A stretch of DNA of 37,256 bases, taken from positions 1 through 37,256 of the IMG/VR virus record IMGVR_UViG_3300042934_001304; one strand, written 5' to 3'. The stretch's first letter is position 1; each line of letters starts with the position of its first letter. Shown here one piece after another: positions 25,969 through 35,039 of this stretch. Origin of the DNA: a virus (lineage: Duplodnaviria > Caudoviricetes). Made by a program: the position numbers and the translations under genes. The notes beneath the pieces are model-generated. The model did not search any database, was not told the DNA's origin, and saw only the letters and a list, made by a program, of their open reading frames with translations.

Positions 25969-26271
25969 TTATTCTTCCTCCTCAAAATAACAACTAATGT
26001 CTTCACCAACAAATGAATCTAACACATTACATATACCTTCAATGAATTGTCGAGTATAATCATCAATGAAATCTTGTAGATTACAAATTTCTTCCCCATC
26101 CCATTCGATACCACATTCATCTGGCGATAACATGTATTCGCCCATACTCTCGTGTTTCAATAAATTCGTTTTATTAGCAAGTTCACCTTTAAATTCTTCA
26201 ATATCCCAAAATTCTTGTTCTTCGTCTAAAAATATTTTTACTGCCTGCAATGTTTTTTTATTTGCTTTCAT
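25969..26271 (-). CDS. Acidic hypothetical protein
   Basis: 100 aa, very D/E-rich; AAGGAGG RBS. Confidence 0.65.
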   Translation of the reverse strand: MKANKKTLQAVKIFLDEEQEFWDIEEFKGELANKTNLLKHESMGEYMLSPDECGIEWDGEEICNLQDFIDDYTRQFIEGICNVLDSFVGEDISCYFEEEE

Positions 26272-26854
26272 AATTTTCCTCCTTTTTCATTCTCTCACGT
26301 ATCTTCATGATTTCTTTTCCAATACCCTCATAATTCTCTTTCCTGTGCAGGCTTCTTTCAGCTGAAAAACCTTCCGGATACCTTTCTTTAAGCTTGTCTA
26401 TATTCATTTGCATGATAGTTTCTAAATCGTAGCCTATGCCGTCTGCAAGTAGTGCTATGTACCAGCATATGTCTCCGAGCTCTTTTGCCAAATGCTTTCT
26501 GTCTAGTTCATGCCCCTGGTACTTGAATTTCTTTATGTGGTCCGCTACTTCGCCGGACTCCCCGGAAAGTCCTAAAGAGCCATTTGTAATTTTCTCAATC
26601 GGATCTTCCATTGCTGTAGTGTTTGCAGTTCTTAATGCAAGCTTTTGATACTCGTTTGGTGTCAATCCCCAGTTGTTTGATTTAAGGTGTTCACAGTACA
26701 TCAATCCATCAATCAATTCTTCTTCCAGGTATGTAATGCGTTCATCCTTTGTCATTTTGACGTTTTCTTCAAGTATTTGACCGTACTTGTTAATTCCTTT
26801 ATCTGTTTGTTTTTGTTGTAGCTTACATATATTTTCCCAGTATGTTTGATTCAT
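26258..26854 (-). CDS. MazG-like nucleotide pyrophosphohydrolase with extra N-terminal helical domain
   Basis: 'GLSGESGEVADHIKK...KELGDICWY...NIDKLKERYP'; N-terminal 'KYG...EEELIDGLMY'. Confidence 0.85.
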   Translation of the reverse strand: MNQTYWENICKLQQKQTDKGINKYGQILEENVKMTKDERITYLEEELIDGLMYCEHLKSNNWGLTPNEYQKLALRTANTTAMEDPIEKITNGSLGLSGESGEVADHIKKFKYQGHELDRKHLAKELGDICWYIALLADGIGYDLETIMQMNIDKLKERYPEGFSAERSLHRKENYEGIGKEIMKIRERMKKEENYESK

Positions 26855-26873
26855 TTTTTATTGCCTCCTTTTT

Positions 26874-27758
26874 CTATCCTAATTTGTGATTGTATTCTTC
26901 AAACCTATCCGTTGAACGAAATATAATTTTATTATTAACCCACCTCTGCAAATATCTTGTTTCTTGTGGAGCATTATATTTGTCATAAATCATTATGTAT
27001 GGGTCATAATCAAGTTCTTTAATTTTATAGACTCTTTCTAAATCCTGCTCATGCGTTGTATTAAAGTTAGTCAATACATATACTTTTAATTTTCGATATC
27101 CAAAATTTAATTGAGGTCTAAACTTCTTCAACCTTTCATACGTTTTAAATTCATAGTTATCCCATGCAAAATGTATAACTTCAAGGTTTAATTTATTTAT
27201 CATATAGGCTTTTTCATCAGTCATGCACCGAATATCTAACCCTTGTGTAAAATCAATTTTTGCTTTGCAATTAATCAATTGTTTAAGTAGCTCTATAGAA
27301 TCTTTACATGCAAGTAAATTTGGGTCTAACAATTTAATTATTTTTTGTTTATTCCAAAATTGGCCTAGGTCTGCTACCTGAACGCTTTTTAACCCTTCTT
27401 TCTCGCCTACTACGCAGAACTCACATCCTCTCGGACAACCTCTAGTTAAAAATCCGTATGCTTCATAAAATTGAGGGTATAAAGTATAATCCGGATATAC
27501 GCTTTCAATATTTACATTAAGCTTGTTTTTCAGGTCATATCCAGTGCCACCTGCTATAATTTCATCAGCTTGAATACAATGAATCATATTTTTTGTATAT
27601 GTGCTGTCAAATACTTTTGACATATAAACTCTGTCGTATTCTTCTAGTCCATTCCACCAATCAACATTGTCACCTTTCGATTTATGCCATGCTGATATTT
27701 TCATTAATGCTAAATTAGGGAAATTGTGAGAATCAACATCAATTAATCCTATTTTCAT
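26874..27758 (-). CDS. Phage radical SAM protein
   Basis: 'TRGCPRGCEFC' CxxxCxxC; N-terminal 'FPNLALMKISAWHK'. Confidence 0.85.
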   Translation of the reverse strand: MKIGLIDVDSHNFPNLALMKISAWHKSKGDNVDWWNGLEEYDRVYMSKVFDSTYTKNMIHCIQADEIIAGGTGYDLKNKLNVNIESVYPDYTLYPQFYEAYGFLTRGCPRGCEFCVVGEKEGLKSVQVADLGQFWNKQKIIKLLDPNLLACKDSIELLKQLINCKAKIDFTQGLDIRCMTDEKAYMINKLNLEVIHFAWDNYEFKTYERLKKFRPQLNFGYRKLKVYVLTNFNTTHEQDLERVYKIKELDYDPYIMIYDKYNAPQETRYLQRWVNNKIIFRSTDRFEEYNHKLG

Positions 27759-27770
27759 TTTTTCCCCTTT

Positions 27771-28550
27771 CTACATTCTGAATTTTTCTCGTTTTCTTGC
27801 TGCTATCTCTTCCAGGTCTGCTTCAGTCTTCTTTCCAATCTTTTGGTCGAAGTTATGAAAGCTGTTTGGCTTTTGCTGTGGTTTATCTGTCTTAATTGGC
27901 TCTTTCCTTTGCCAGTGCAATATAGTTGCGTAATCGCTTTTATATTGCTTGCCTGTTGATGCTTTGTAATTGTCGAGCCTGCTTATAAAGTCATCTGTTA
28001 CTGCTTGACCTAACTTTTCTATAAGCTTTTGATGTTCTTCTTCTAGTAGTGATACTTTTTCAAATTCACCGTATTTTATTTTTTTTGGTTTTGCAGGAGT
28101 AATATCTTTTATAGACTTATCTATACTATCCTTACCTAACCTAACCTGTGTCTCCAAACTGTATCCATCTTGTATACATTCTGTATCCAATATCTTAAAA
28201 GCCTCTGATTTCAATGTGTATGCCTTGTTCTCTTTAACATCCAATAAGTTCTTTTCATCTTGGTATACAGTTTCTTTGTACCTGTCTCTTTGAATGTAGT
28301 TATGAAGCTTCCAATGCTTTATTACCACTATTCCGCTTTCAAACGGTATGATAAATCGCTTAGAAATCAATAGTTTTAAATCATCATCATTGCAACTTAT
28401 CATCTTTTGTATTTTTCTAGGATTGTTTATAAAACCATCATCATCAGCTCTCATTGATAAATGGAAGTACAAACATTGTGTTGAAAGTGGCATATCGAGA
28501 AATGCATCACTGTCAATAATTGTTTTTGCGAACATTCTACGTTCTGCCAT
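27771..28550 (-). CDS. Replication initiator (replisome organizer)
   Basis: 'MAERRMFAKTIIDSDAFLDMPLSTQCLYFHL.MRADDDGF'; C-terminal 'YKSDYATI..W'. Confidence 0.88.
   Translation of the reverse strand: MAERRMFAKTIIDSDAFLDMPLSTQCLYFHLSMRADDDGFINNPRKIQKMISCNDDDLKLLISKRFIIPFESGIVVIKHWKLHNYIQRDRYKETVYQDEKNLLDVKENKAYTLKSEAFKILDTECIQDGYSLETQVRLGKDSIDKSIKDITPAKPKKIKYGEFEKVSLLEEEHQKLIEKLGQAVTDDFISRLDNYKASTGKQYKSDYATILHWQRKEPIKTDKPQQKPNSFHNFDQKIGKKTEADLEEIAARKREKFRM
28116..28189. repeat. Probable phage origin: four iterons TGT(A/C)T(C/A)CA at 11-bp spacing plus 5-mer repeats
   Basis: TGTCTCCA 28149, TGTATCCA 28160, TGTATACA 28171, TGTATCCA 28182; adjacent CTTAT/CTATA/CTATC/CTTAC/CTAAC/CTAAC; all inside the initiator gene. 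Confidence 0.7.
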
Positions 28551-28632
28551 TCGTCCAAGCTCCTTTCATTACTTCTAATTCCGCAGGTGTCAATGTACAT
28601 ATCTTTAATTTGATTTTTTTCATAGCATACTC

Positions 28633-28926
28633 CTAAAGATAATTTTTACCGAATACCTTCATGTATTTTTCATGGCTGTAAAGCTTTTCAAATTCTGTCT
28701 GTGCTAGTTGCTGTAGCTTTTCTTTTAATTCAATATTTCCGTCATGCACGTCTTCTTTGCCTTTTTTACCGTGGTGTATGAAGCACAATAGCACTTTTAA
28801 TCCGTACTTTTCCGCAAGTGGTCTTATTCCTTTGCCGAATAAACAATGATGTTCTGTTAAGCCATAAGTTCTGCCGCATTCAAAGCACCAAGGTTGTTCT
28901 TCATAATCTTGCAAGATTGATTTCAT
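28633..28926 (-). CDS. Small Zn-binding HNH-like protein
   Basis: CFECG...EHH...LC..HH...VH; ends 'FGKNYL'. Confidence 0.6.
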   Translation of the reverse strand: MKSILQDYEEQPWCFECGRTYGLTEHHCLFGKGIRPLAEKYGLKVLLCFIHHGKKGKEDVHDGNIELKEKLQQLAQTEFEKLYSHEKYMKVFGKNYL

Positions 28927-28929
28927 AAA

Positions 28930-29730
28930 CTACACCACCGGAATAAGTTGACTAAAATGTATGGGAGCTGTCAAAACTTTTGTATGCTTGCAGTAGTCGC
29001 AAGTTCCGCATCTTATAGCCTCTATTTCTGAATTTTTAAGTCTTAATATTTTAGGCGTGTTTGATCCGACTTCAATTAACTTCTGTCTTAAATGGTTATC
29101 ATCAATGTAAATTATTTCTATATTCGGTTCCTTTGTTTTGTCAGCTACGGCTATATAAAACGGAAGTCTTTTGCCTGTATTCTGATAAACTACTTCTTGA
29201 TAAGCTGCTCCCTGAATGTCATATCCCCAATACTGTATAAAGTCCATATATCCAAAATCACGCACCCAAAATGTTTCTGTTAAGTCTTTCATACACTTTA
29301 AGTCTACGATAGCTAAATTAGGCAAATAACTGTCTATTTTTATCTTCCATGGAGTGCCAAATAATTCAGCTGTCATGATAACTTGCTTTTCTCCGCTCAT
29401 GAACTGCATGAATTTATCATCTCGCTCTATACGATTAATAATTTCCTCTGCTTTTTTATATTCAGCTTTCAAGGTGCCTTTTTGCGTGAATATCTCTGGA
29501 TTCTGTGCCTTGAATAAATCCAAACTTCCTTCAAAATGTGCATCTACATATGATCCAACTAATAAAGCAGTTGTCTTTTCTGTTTCCCACTCACCTTTTA
29601 ATTTAGCTACAGCTTGTGCTTCGCAAGCAGTCTTTCCTAAAGTTCCAACAAAGTCCTTATATTGGCTAACAGAGAGAAATTCTCTGCTAGCCTCTGGGCT
29701 AAAATAGTTTTCATTAGTTAGTTGTAACAT
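28930..29730 (-). CDS. PD-(D/E)XK exonuclease (DUF3799/RecE-like)
   Basis: 'KIKIDS...IVDLK', 'YDIQGAAYQE', C-terminal CGTCDYC. Confidence 0.82.
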   Translation of the reverse strand: MLQLTNENYFSPEASREFLSVSQYKDFVGTLGKTACEAQAVAKLKGEWETEKTTALLVGSYVDAHFEGSLDLFKAQNPEIFTQKGTLKAEYKKAEEIINRIERDDKFMQFMSGEKQVIMTAELFGTPWKIKIDSYLPNLAIVDLKCMKDLTETFWVRDFGYMDFIQYWGYDIQGAAYQEVVYQNTGKRLPFYIAVADKTKEPNIEIIYIDDNHLRQKLIEVGSNTPKILRLKNSEIEAIRCGTCDYCKHTKVLTAPIHFSQLIPVV

Positions 29731-30334
29731 TTTTTACCTCCGCGAAAGGGTCTACTATAGTTGGCTTTTCTTTTTCTATATCAATTATTTCATCTGATAA
29801 TTGCATTCCCATTAGTGCATCAGGGCAATTTACTCTAGCAAAGAAAGCTGCCGCTCTATATGCTAGCATCTGTTCAGGCATGTTTTTCCACTTTGAGTTA
29901 GACAACCAACCTTCAGCTTTTGCCATATCAATAGTTATTTCAGTTCCTTGAATCACTGTATTATCAACTATAGTAGTAGCTTCTATATAGCAGCCTCTGT
30001 TATCGGTGCCTTTAATTCCTGTATAAACTGGATGAACATTTTTAAATCTTCCACAGTTTTGAATTAAAGACATACAAGCCTGTCCACTCCAAGACGGTTT
30101 TCCCTTAACAACATACAAGTTCTGCATAACCATCATTGGACTTACGCCCATTCGATTAGCCATATCCACTGCGATTAAGCAATCTTGTGGTTTACCCTGA
30201 AAATTACTAGGTACTAATGATGATTCTGAAAACATCTTTGCTACTTTACACATTTGCGCAAATGATTCTTTATCTAAAAACGAATTGCTTGCCACCTCTG
30301 GCATTTGTTCAACTTTGATTAACTCATTATCCAT
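29714..30334 (-). CDS. RecT-like single-strand annealing protein
   Basis: 'LVP..FQGKP.DC.IA...MQNLYVVKGKPSW','W..MPEQML.YRA..FFAR'; paired with the exonuclease. Confidence 0.72.
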   Translation of the reverse strand: MDNELIKVEQMPEVASNSFLDKESFAQMCKVAKMFSESSLVPSNFQGKPQDCLIAVDMANRMGVSPMMVMQNLYVVKGKPSWSGQACMSLIQNCGRFKNVHPVYTGIKGTDNRGCYIEATTIVDNTVIQGTEITIDMAKAEGWLSNSKWKNMPEQMLAYRAAAFFARVNCPDALMGMQLSDEIIDIEKEKPTIVDPFAEVKNVTTN

Positions 30335-30343
30335 ATTTACCTC

Positions 30344-31774
30344 CTATAGTTCCAATATAGTTAAATCTTCATCATCAGTTGTTCTAGTCGCAAGGAATTG
30401 TAATCCTTTAGCTTTGCACTTATCATAAAGCTGTTTTCTTAGTTCACTTGCTAATTTCTCAACACCGTCTATAAGAATAATTTGTAATCCATTTGGTTTT
30501 TGAATTGCTACATCAATGCATAAGTCGAGTTTTTCACCCTCACTAAGATTAGATACTGGAAGTCCATTAATTAGAGGAATACCGTCTTTAACTGTCAGGC
30601 CTTTTATAGGAATAATTGCAGTCTGTAATATATCTCCTGGTAAAGTTCTCGCTTTTTCTATCTTCTCTGTTAGGCTTTCGCTTCTTACTTGCAACTCTTC
30701 AACTTCTTGTTGTAGACTTAGCATTCTCTTGTATTCATTTATGTGAGACTTCATTCTTTCTATTTCTTCTGCTTGCTTTTGCAGTTCTGTAGTATCTTGT
30801 ATCTCTTTATCTGCAAACTCTTTGTATTCTTCAACTTCTGCTTCAAATTTTGCTACACTTGCCTTGTATGTTTGTTCTATTACTTCAAGTCTGTTTTTCA
30901 TATTGACTGCTAGATTTTCTTTTTCTACCTGCAAAGCTTTAATTTGTTCTTGCAGTTTTAAGATATCTTTATCTATTTGATTAGATCTGTTGTTTATTTC
31001 TGTGTCTAAAGCCGCTTTTGCAATCTCCCTATCCGCTTCAAATTTACGCACTTTATTGTCTTTATTCTCAATAATTTGCTTAGCGCGCTCTATTGTTTGA
31101 TTATCTTTTCTAATGCGCTCTATTCGAGTGTAAATTTCGCCTACGTTAGCCTTTTCCCATTTTTCAACTTGATACCCCTGTGGTATAGTTGCGCCGACTT
31201 CTTCGATCATAGCTTTCTTGTTACGAGCATCACGATTAGTATCTTGTCTAACTTGGAAGTACTGACCTTTTTCAGACTGAATATCATTTAGCACTTGCAA
31301 TATATTCTGCTCATAATCAACCCATGAAGGTATTTCTCCAAACCATTCTTTGATAGTCTGCAAGTTCCAATTATATTCAATCATGTCAAGAATAATAGCG
31401 TTTTGCTTGTTCTTATCCATTCCCATAAACTCAACAGGATTAAGCTGCAAAGGTGTAAAAATATCTCTTAAAAATGTTTCCGGAGATTGCACTTCGGCAC
31501 CATTTTTCTTAATGCTCTTATAATCTACTTGGTTGATTCTAGCCTTGCGATTTATTCTAAGTCCATTGTCCGTTTCTATTAAGATTTCGCCTTCTGTTTC
31601 TCCGTTGCGTACTATGTAATCTCTGTCTGATTTATTTTGCAGAGCATATCTTATTGCATCTATTACAGATGTTTTTCCAACTCCGTTTTTACCGCTTATT
31701 TCTTTAGAACTTCCGTCTAACTCGCATTCTTTTATGCCAAAAAGGTTTTTAATTTTTATTTTTGATATTTTCAT
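30344..31774 (-). CDS. SMC/SbcC-like AAA ATPase
   Basis: GKNGVGKTS (Walker A), long coiled coil, LSEGE signature, ILIDG (Walker B). Confidence 0.85.
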   Translation of the reverse strand: MKISKIKIKNLFGIKECELDGSSKEISGKNGVGKTSVIDAIRYALQNKSDRDYIVRNGETEGEILIETDNGLRINRKARINQVDYKSIKKNGAEVQSPETFLRDIFTPLQLNPVEFMGMDKNKQNAIILDMIEYNWNLQTIKEWFGEIPSWVDYEQNILQVLNDIQSEKGQYFQVRQDTNRDARNKKAMIEEVGATIPQGYQVEKWEKANVGEIYTRIERIRKDNQTIERAKQIIENKDNKVRKFEADREIAKAALDTEINNRSNQIDKDILKLQEQIKALQVEKENLAVNMKNRLEVIEQTYKASVAKFEAEVEEYKEFADKEIQDTTELQKQAEEIERMKSHINEYKRMLSLQQEVEELQVRSESLTEKIEKARTLPGDILQTAIIPIKGLTVKDGIPLINGLPVSNLSEGEKLDLCIDVAIQKPNGLQIILIDGVEKLASELRKQLYDKCKAKGLQFLATRTTDDEDLTILEL

Positions 31775-31833
31775 CTGTATAATTCTCCTTGTTTTATTTT
31801 TAATTTCAATTTATCCTGACTTCCAATTAAGCT

Positions 31834-32238
31834 CTAAATTTTTCCTTCCGCTTCTAAAAAAACTATCCACTCTTCCATATATTCAAAAATGTAATTCTTT
31901 AAGTGTTGTAGCTGCTTATTCCAATCTGTGTCCATATCTAAAGTTTGCTGATATTCTTTTTCTAAAATGCCGATTAAGTCAGCTTTTAAATCCTTGTCAA
32001 CTTTCTCAACACCGAAGTAATTCAGGTAAAAATCCTTGTGTTTTTCTAAATATCTAAGCCCTAGTTTTTTTGTGTAAAGTTCTTCAACCTCTATATAATT
32101 TTCATTCCCACATTCAGGACAGCAATCGTAATGTTGTTCGTGCGGTACTTTGGTGCCCCAAAACTCTTCGTGTTCAACTACTCTTTTAGTACCTAGCTCG
32201 TCAAATCCTGCCTTGCATTTTTTGCAATAATAGAACAT
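31834..32238 (-). CDS. Zn-ribbon hypothetical protein
   Basis: CKKC...CPECG. Confidence 0.6.
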   Translation of the reverse strand: MFYYCKKCKAGFDELGTKRVVEHEEFWGTKVPHEQHYDCCPECGNENYIEVEELYTKKLGLRYLEKHKDFYLNYFGVEKVDKDLKADLIGILEKEYQQTLDMDTDWNKQLQHLKNYIFEYMEEWIVFLEAEGKI

Positions 32239-32239
32239 A

Positions 32240-32321
32240 TTGCATTTCCTCCTAAGCTCTGTTAAAATATAGATGTAGATTTTTTTAATTGCTGATTAGT
32301 TCGCTCCTAATCGGCTTTTTC
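32240..32321 (+). ncRNA. Putative ~50-nt antisense RNA with its promoter and terminator
   Basis: TTGCAT-N17-TAAAAT (with extended TG) followed by GCTGATTAG-loop-CTAATCGGC-TTTTT. Confidence 0.5.
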
Positions 32322-32449
32322 TTTTTAAGGTTAATCTTCTCACCACGTCTCATCTTCTGGTCACACGCATAACATGTATAAGTTTTTTCATCAACGCACT
32401 TGCTTACACCAAGTTCCTCGTGGCATATTATGCAAATTGCCTTTTTCAT
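32285..32449 (-). CDS. 54-aa Cys-rich protein (not in ORF track)
   Basis: MKKAICIICHEELGVSKCVDEKTYTCYACD...; ATGA overlap with upstream stop. Confidence 0.55.
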   Translation of the reverse strand: MKKAICIICHEELGVSKCVDEKTYTCYACDQKMRRGEKINLKKKKPIRSELISN

Positions 32450-32778
32450 TTGGTTATTCCCTTCTTTCTACAGTTTGGCGGTAATCCGTATTTATTTCGC
32501 CAGTACCTTATAGTTCCTTCGCTTAGCCCAACTTTTAAAGAAATCTTGTAGTCACTTAAGTTTTGCTTGTAATACTCCATGAACTTATCTTTAGTTAATG
32601 TCTTTTTAGGCTTGTTGTCTGGCTTAACAGGAGCTTCTAGCTCACAGCCATGATTTTGAAGTATTTTTACAATCTTCTCTTTGCTAAAAAGAGTCAGCTC
32701 TTGAAGTAATTTTATTCTGTTTAGGTTTACGTCTGCCTTTTTGTACATTCCGCATATTTCTTCTTCTGAATATAAAAT
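32446..32778 (-). CDS. HTH-containing protein, probable ATT start
   Basis: C-terminal 'LSDYKISLKVGLSEGTIRYWRNKYGLP'; GGAGGTG-N6-ATT. Confidence 0.6.
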   Translation of the reverse strand: MLYSEEEICGMYKKADVNLNRIKLLQELTLFSKEKIVKILQNHGCELEAPVKPDNKPKKTLTKDKFMEYYKQNLSDYKISLKVGLSEGTIRYWRNKYGLPPNCRKKGITK

Positions 32779-32890
32779 TTTCAACACCTCCTATGTCCTG
32801 CCAAGCAAATACCGCAATCCAACCGGCTACTGTGATAAAGAATGCTTGTACAGCTATTGTTATTAATTCACTTGCGAAATCTGAAAACAT
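32684..32890 (-). CDS. Small membrane protein
   Basis: AGGAGG RBS; hydrophobic N-terminal half. Confidence 0.45.
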   Translation of the reverse strand: MFSDFASELITIAVQAFFITVAGWIAVFAWQDIGGVENFIFRRRNMRNVQKGRRKPKQNKITSRADSF

Positions 32891-32893
32891 GTA

Positions 32894-33037
32894 TTACCTC
32901 CTTTTCTTGTTTTTCTTAACTGTTTTCGGTTTATGCCTTTTGCTAGTTATTGCAGTGACATATTCTCTGAAGCTCATGTTCTGTCCTATCCAATAAAAGT
33001 CTCTCATACTAAATGGATATGGTTCATATGGTATCAT
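32894..33037 (-). CDS. 47-aa basic protein (not in ORF track)
   Basis: MIPYEPYPFSMRDFYW...KKNKKRR; AAGGAGG RBS. Confidence 0.55.
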   Translation of the reverse strand: MIPYEPYPFSMRDFYWIGQNMSFREYVTAITSKRHKPKTVKKNKKRR

Positions 33038-33578
33038 GCTTGTCCTCCTTAACCGATTTCAAACATTCTGGTATATTGTCGCATCTAACAGGCAATAACA
33101 TTGCTAGTTCTTCACCGTTTTGTGCATAAATAGGATTGTTAGGCCCTGTTCCGTACAACTTTGTATCAGGAGTTATATCAATAAAATCCATAAATTTTCT
33201 GTCTACAAAGATGTAATTTTTAGGAGCTTTTAAAATTGCAGCCTCTCTAAAATCAAGCTTCCTAATAAGCTCAGTTAATTTTATTTCATCGCTCGGTATA
33301 TTCTCTATTAGTTCAGTAAAAGTCTTGATTTGTTGTTCGATTATTGGTTTTGTGCCTTCGCAGGCATTCCTTATTACGCAGCCTTTTGATATTTCCGGTA
33401 TTTGCTGAAAAAGATTTATAAGATTTACAAATATACCTTTTTCTAAATGCAGCGACTTAGTTGTTCTTATGCCCCAATAACTTGTGAAGAGATAACTATA
33501 TTTTTCTGTTCTGAACCAAAATACTGTTGATGAATTATTATATTTAAGCGCCTTTCCTAGATTTTTAAAATTAATCAT
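33024..33578 (-). CDS. Hypothetical protein
   Basis: 184 aa; AGGAGG RBS; ends 'AMLLPVR'. Confidence 0.65.
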   Translation of the reverse strand: MINFKNLGKALKYNNSSTVFWFRTEKYSYLFTSYWGIRTTKSLHLEKGIFVNLINLFQQIPEISKGCVIRNACEGTKPIIEQQIKTFTELIENIPSDEIKLTELIRKLDFREAAILKAPKNYIFVDRKFMDFIDITPDTKLYGTGPNNPIYAQNGEELAMLLPVRCDNIPECLKSVKEDKHDTI

Positions 33579-33592
33579 CTTATTTTTTCCTC

Positions 33593-34336
33593 CTATACAA
33601 CTTTGTATTTAATGGCCATTTCTTTTACTATGCTTATGTAGATCTCTTTAAGTCTTGGCTCATTCTCTAGCACATCAAGCAAATTCAGATTACATATCTT
33701 ACTTGGAGCCATACCGTTTCTTGATGCCCTGTTTTGCAAATTTGATAATAATACGCTTGGTCTGCAATGTCCTCTTTCCTCTAATGCTTTGTATGCTTCT
33801 TCATTTGGCTTTCTGTAATCGCCAATCTGCATTCCGATAGCTCTCAATATTTTTCCGCATTCTTTTCGCCATTCTGCTTTAGGGTTTATTACTATCGTGT
33901 CTCTGATAGCTTGTACCTCTTGTTTGGTTTCTGCTATGGTTACTTCAAGCTGCTTTTGTTTAAGCTCCATGGTTATTAAAAATTGTAATTGTGGACTTAA
34001 TTCTTCTGGTACATAACTGCCTGTTTTTCTAATGGATGGAAGTATCTCATTTGTTACCCAGTGTTTGAATTTTCTCGCAGTTGGAAGTTTGGAGCTTAGT
34101 ATTAAAGAGTAAAGACCGCTTTCATTTACGCATACAACACTTCGCTCTTGCCTGCCATCGTGAATCACGATACCAGCTCTATCTTCATCTTCAACATGTC
34201 TTATTAATGCATCATTCGTATTGGAATAACCCAGTGCCAAAGCAACGTCTTTTCCAACCAGCCATAGTTCTCCGTTTATTTCGTTTGCTCTTACTTGTCC
34301 GAAATCTTCATTTTCAAATATCTTTAGTTCGTTCAA
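33593..34336 (-). CDS. BRO-N antirepressor
   Basis: 'FGQVR...WLVGKDVA..LGY','NESGLYSLIL.SKLP.A..FK.WVT..ILPSIRKTG.Y'. Confidence 0.9.
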   Translation of the reverse strand: MNELKIFENEDFGQVRANEINGELWLVGKDVALALGYSNTNDALIRHVEDEDRAGIVIHDGRQERSVVCVNESGLYSLILSSKLPTARKFKHWVTNEILPSIRKTGSYVPEELSPQLQFLITMELKQKQLEVTIAETKQEVQAIRDTIVINPKAEWRKECGKILRAIGMQIGDYRKPNEEAYKALEERGHCRPSVLLSNLQNRASRNGMAPSKICNLNLLDVLENEPRLKEIYISIVKEMAIKYKVV

Positions 34337-34417
34337 ATATTTTTCCTCCTTAGTGGAATATTTTTAAATCTGTAAAATATATTGGTAGGTTAAGGGTTTG
34401 CCCTTTAAAAAGATTTT

Positions 34418-34627
34418 TTATAAAGGCCACATAGCCTTACCAAATTGTTTGTTGAAATATTCATCTGTTTTACTTAAGTCTACTCTTATGCCTCGTCTAA
34501 CTCCTAACCTCCTTGCCGGAAAATTTTTTGCATTTACTAGTTGGTATGCGTAACTGGGGCTTAGATCATAATGCTCTCTGAACTTTTCTACCGTTACCCA
34601 ATTTTCTTGCGGTTTTTCTTTTGCCAT
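34418..34627 (-). CDS. Excisionase-like HTH protein
   Basis: 'YDLSPSYAYQLV...FPARRLG..IRV'; AAGGAGG RBS before MAKEK. Confidence 0.65.
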   Translation of the reverse strand: MAKEKPQENWVTVEKFREHYDLSPSYAYQLVNAKNFPARRLGVRRGIRVDLSKTDEYFNKQFGKAMWPL

Positions 34628-34648
34628 GGTTGTCCTCCTTAGTCTCAT

Positions 34649-34864
34649 TTATGCGACATTATGATTAAAAAAAATTTCAAACGCTTCTTCTTTTGTAAGT
34701 CCTAAGATTTCTGCTATTTTACTTGCTTGTCCTATTGTAAAATCTTCGCCTGTCTTTAATCTTCTGTTTAATGTTGAAATATGTATGCCTATAGCCTTAG
34801 AAAGTTGTTCTTGAGTAAAACCCTTTTCTACGATTTTACCCCTTAATTTCATAGCATTTGCCAT
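34649..34864 (-). CDS. Cro-like XRE regulator
   Basis: 'KLRGKIVEKGFTQEQLSKAIGI...FTI...IAEIL...IFF'; divergent from the repressor. Confidence 0.85.
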   Translation of the reverse strand: MANAMKLRGKIVEKGFTQEQLSKAIGIHISTLNRRLKTGEDFTIGQASKIAEILGLTKEEAFEIFFNHNVA

Positions 34865-34910
34865 TTTATCACCTCTTTTCTTTTCTCATTTATGCGACTT
34901 TCTTAAATAA

Positions 34911-34939
34911 AGAATAGCACATTTATAAAAGCTTGTCAA
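34911..34939 (-). promoter_or_regulatory. Early lytic sigma-A promoter
   Basis: TTGACA-N17-TATTCT with TG extension, flanked by operators. Confidence 0.75.
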
Positions 34940-35039
34940 CAACAATTATCTCACTTCTGCGAATATTTTTATTTTTCTTGAATATACTATTGCAAATATG
35001 ATAATCTTATGCTAATAATATTATGGGAGGTGCATTTAA

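Noticed and set aside
35-34353. Numerous + strand ORFs of 60-154 aa in the ORF track
   Set aside because: They are antisense shadows of well-supported minus-strand genes, with no RBS or recognisable motifs.
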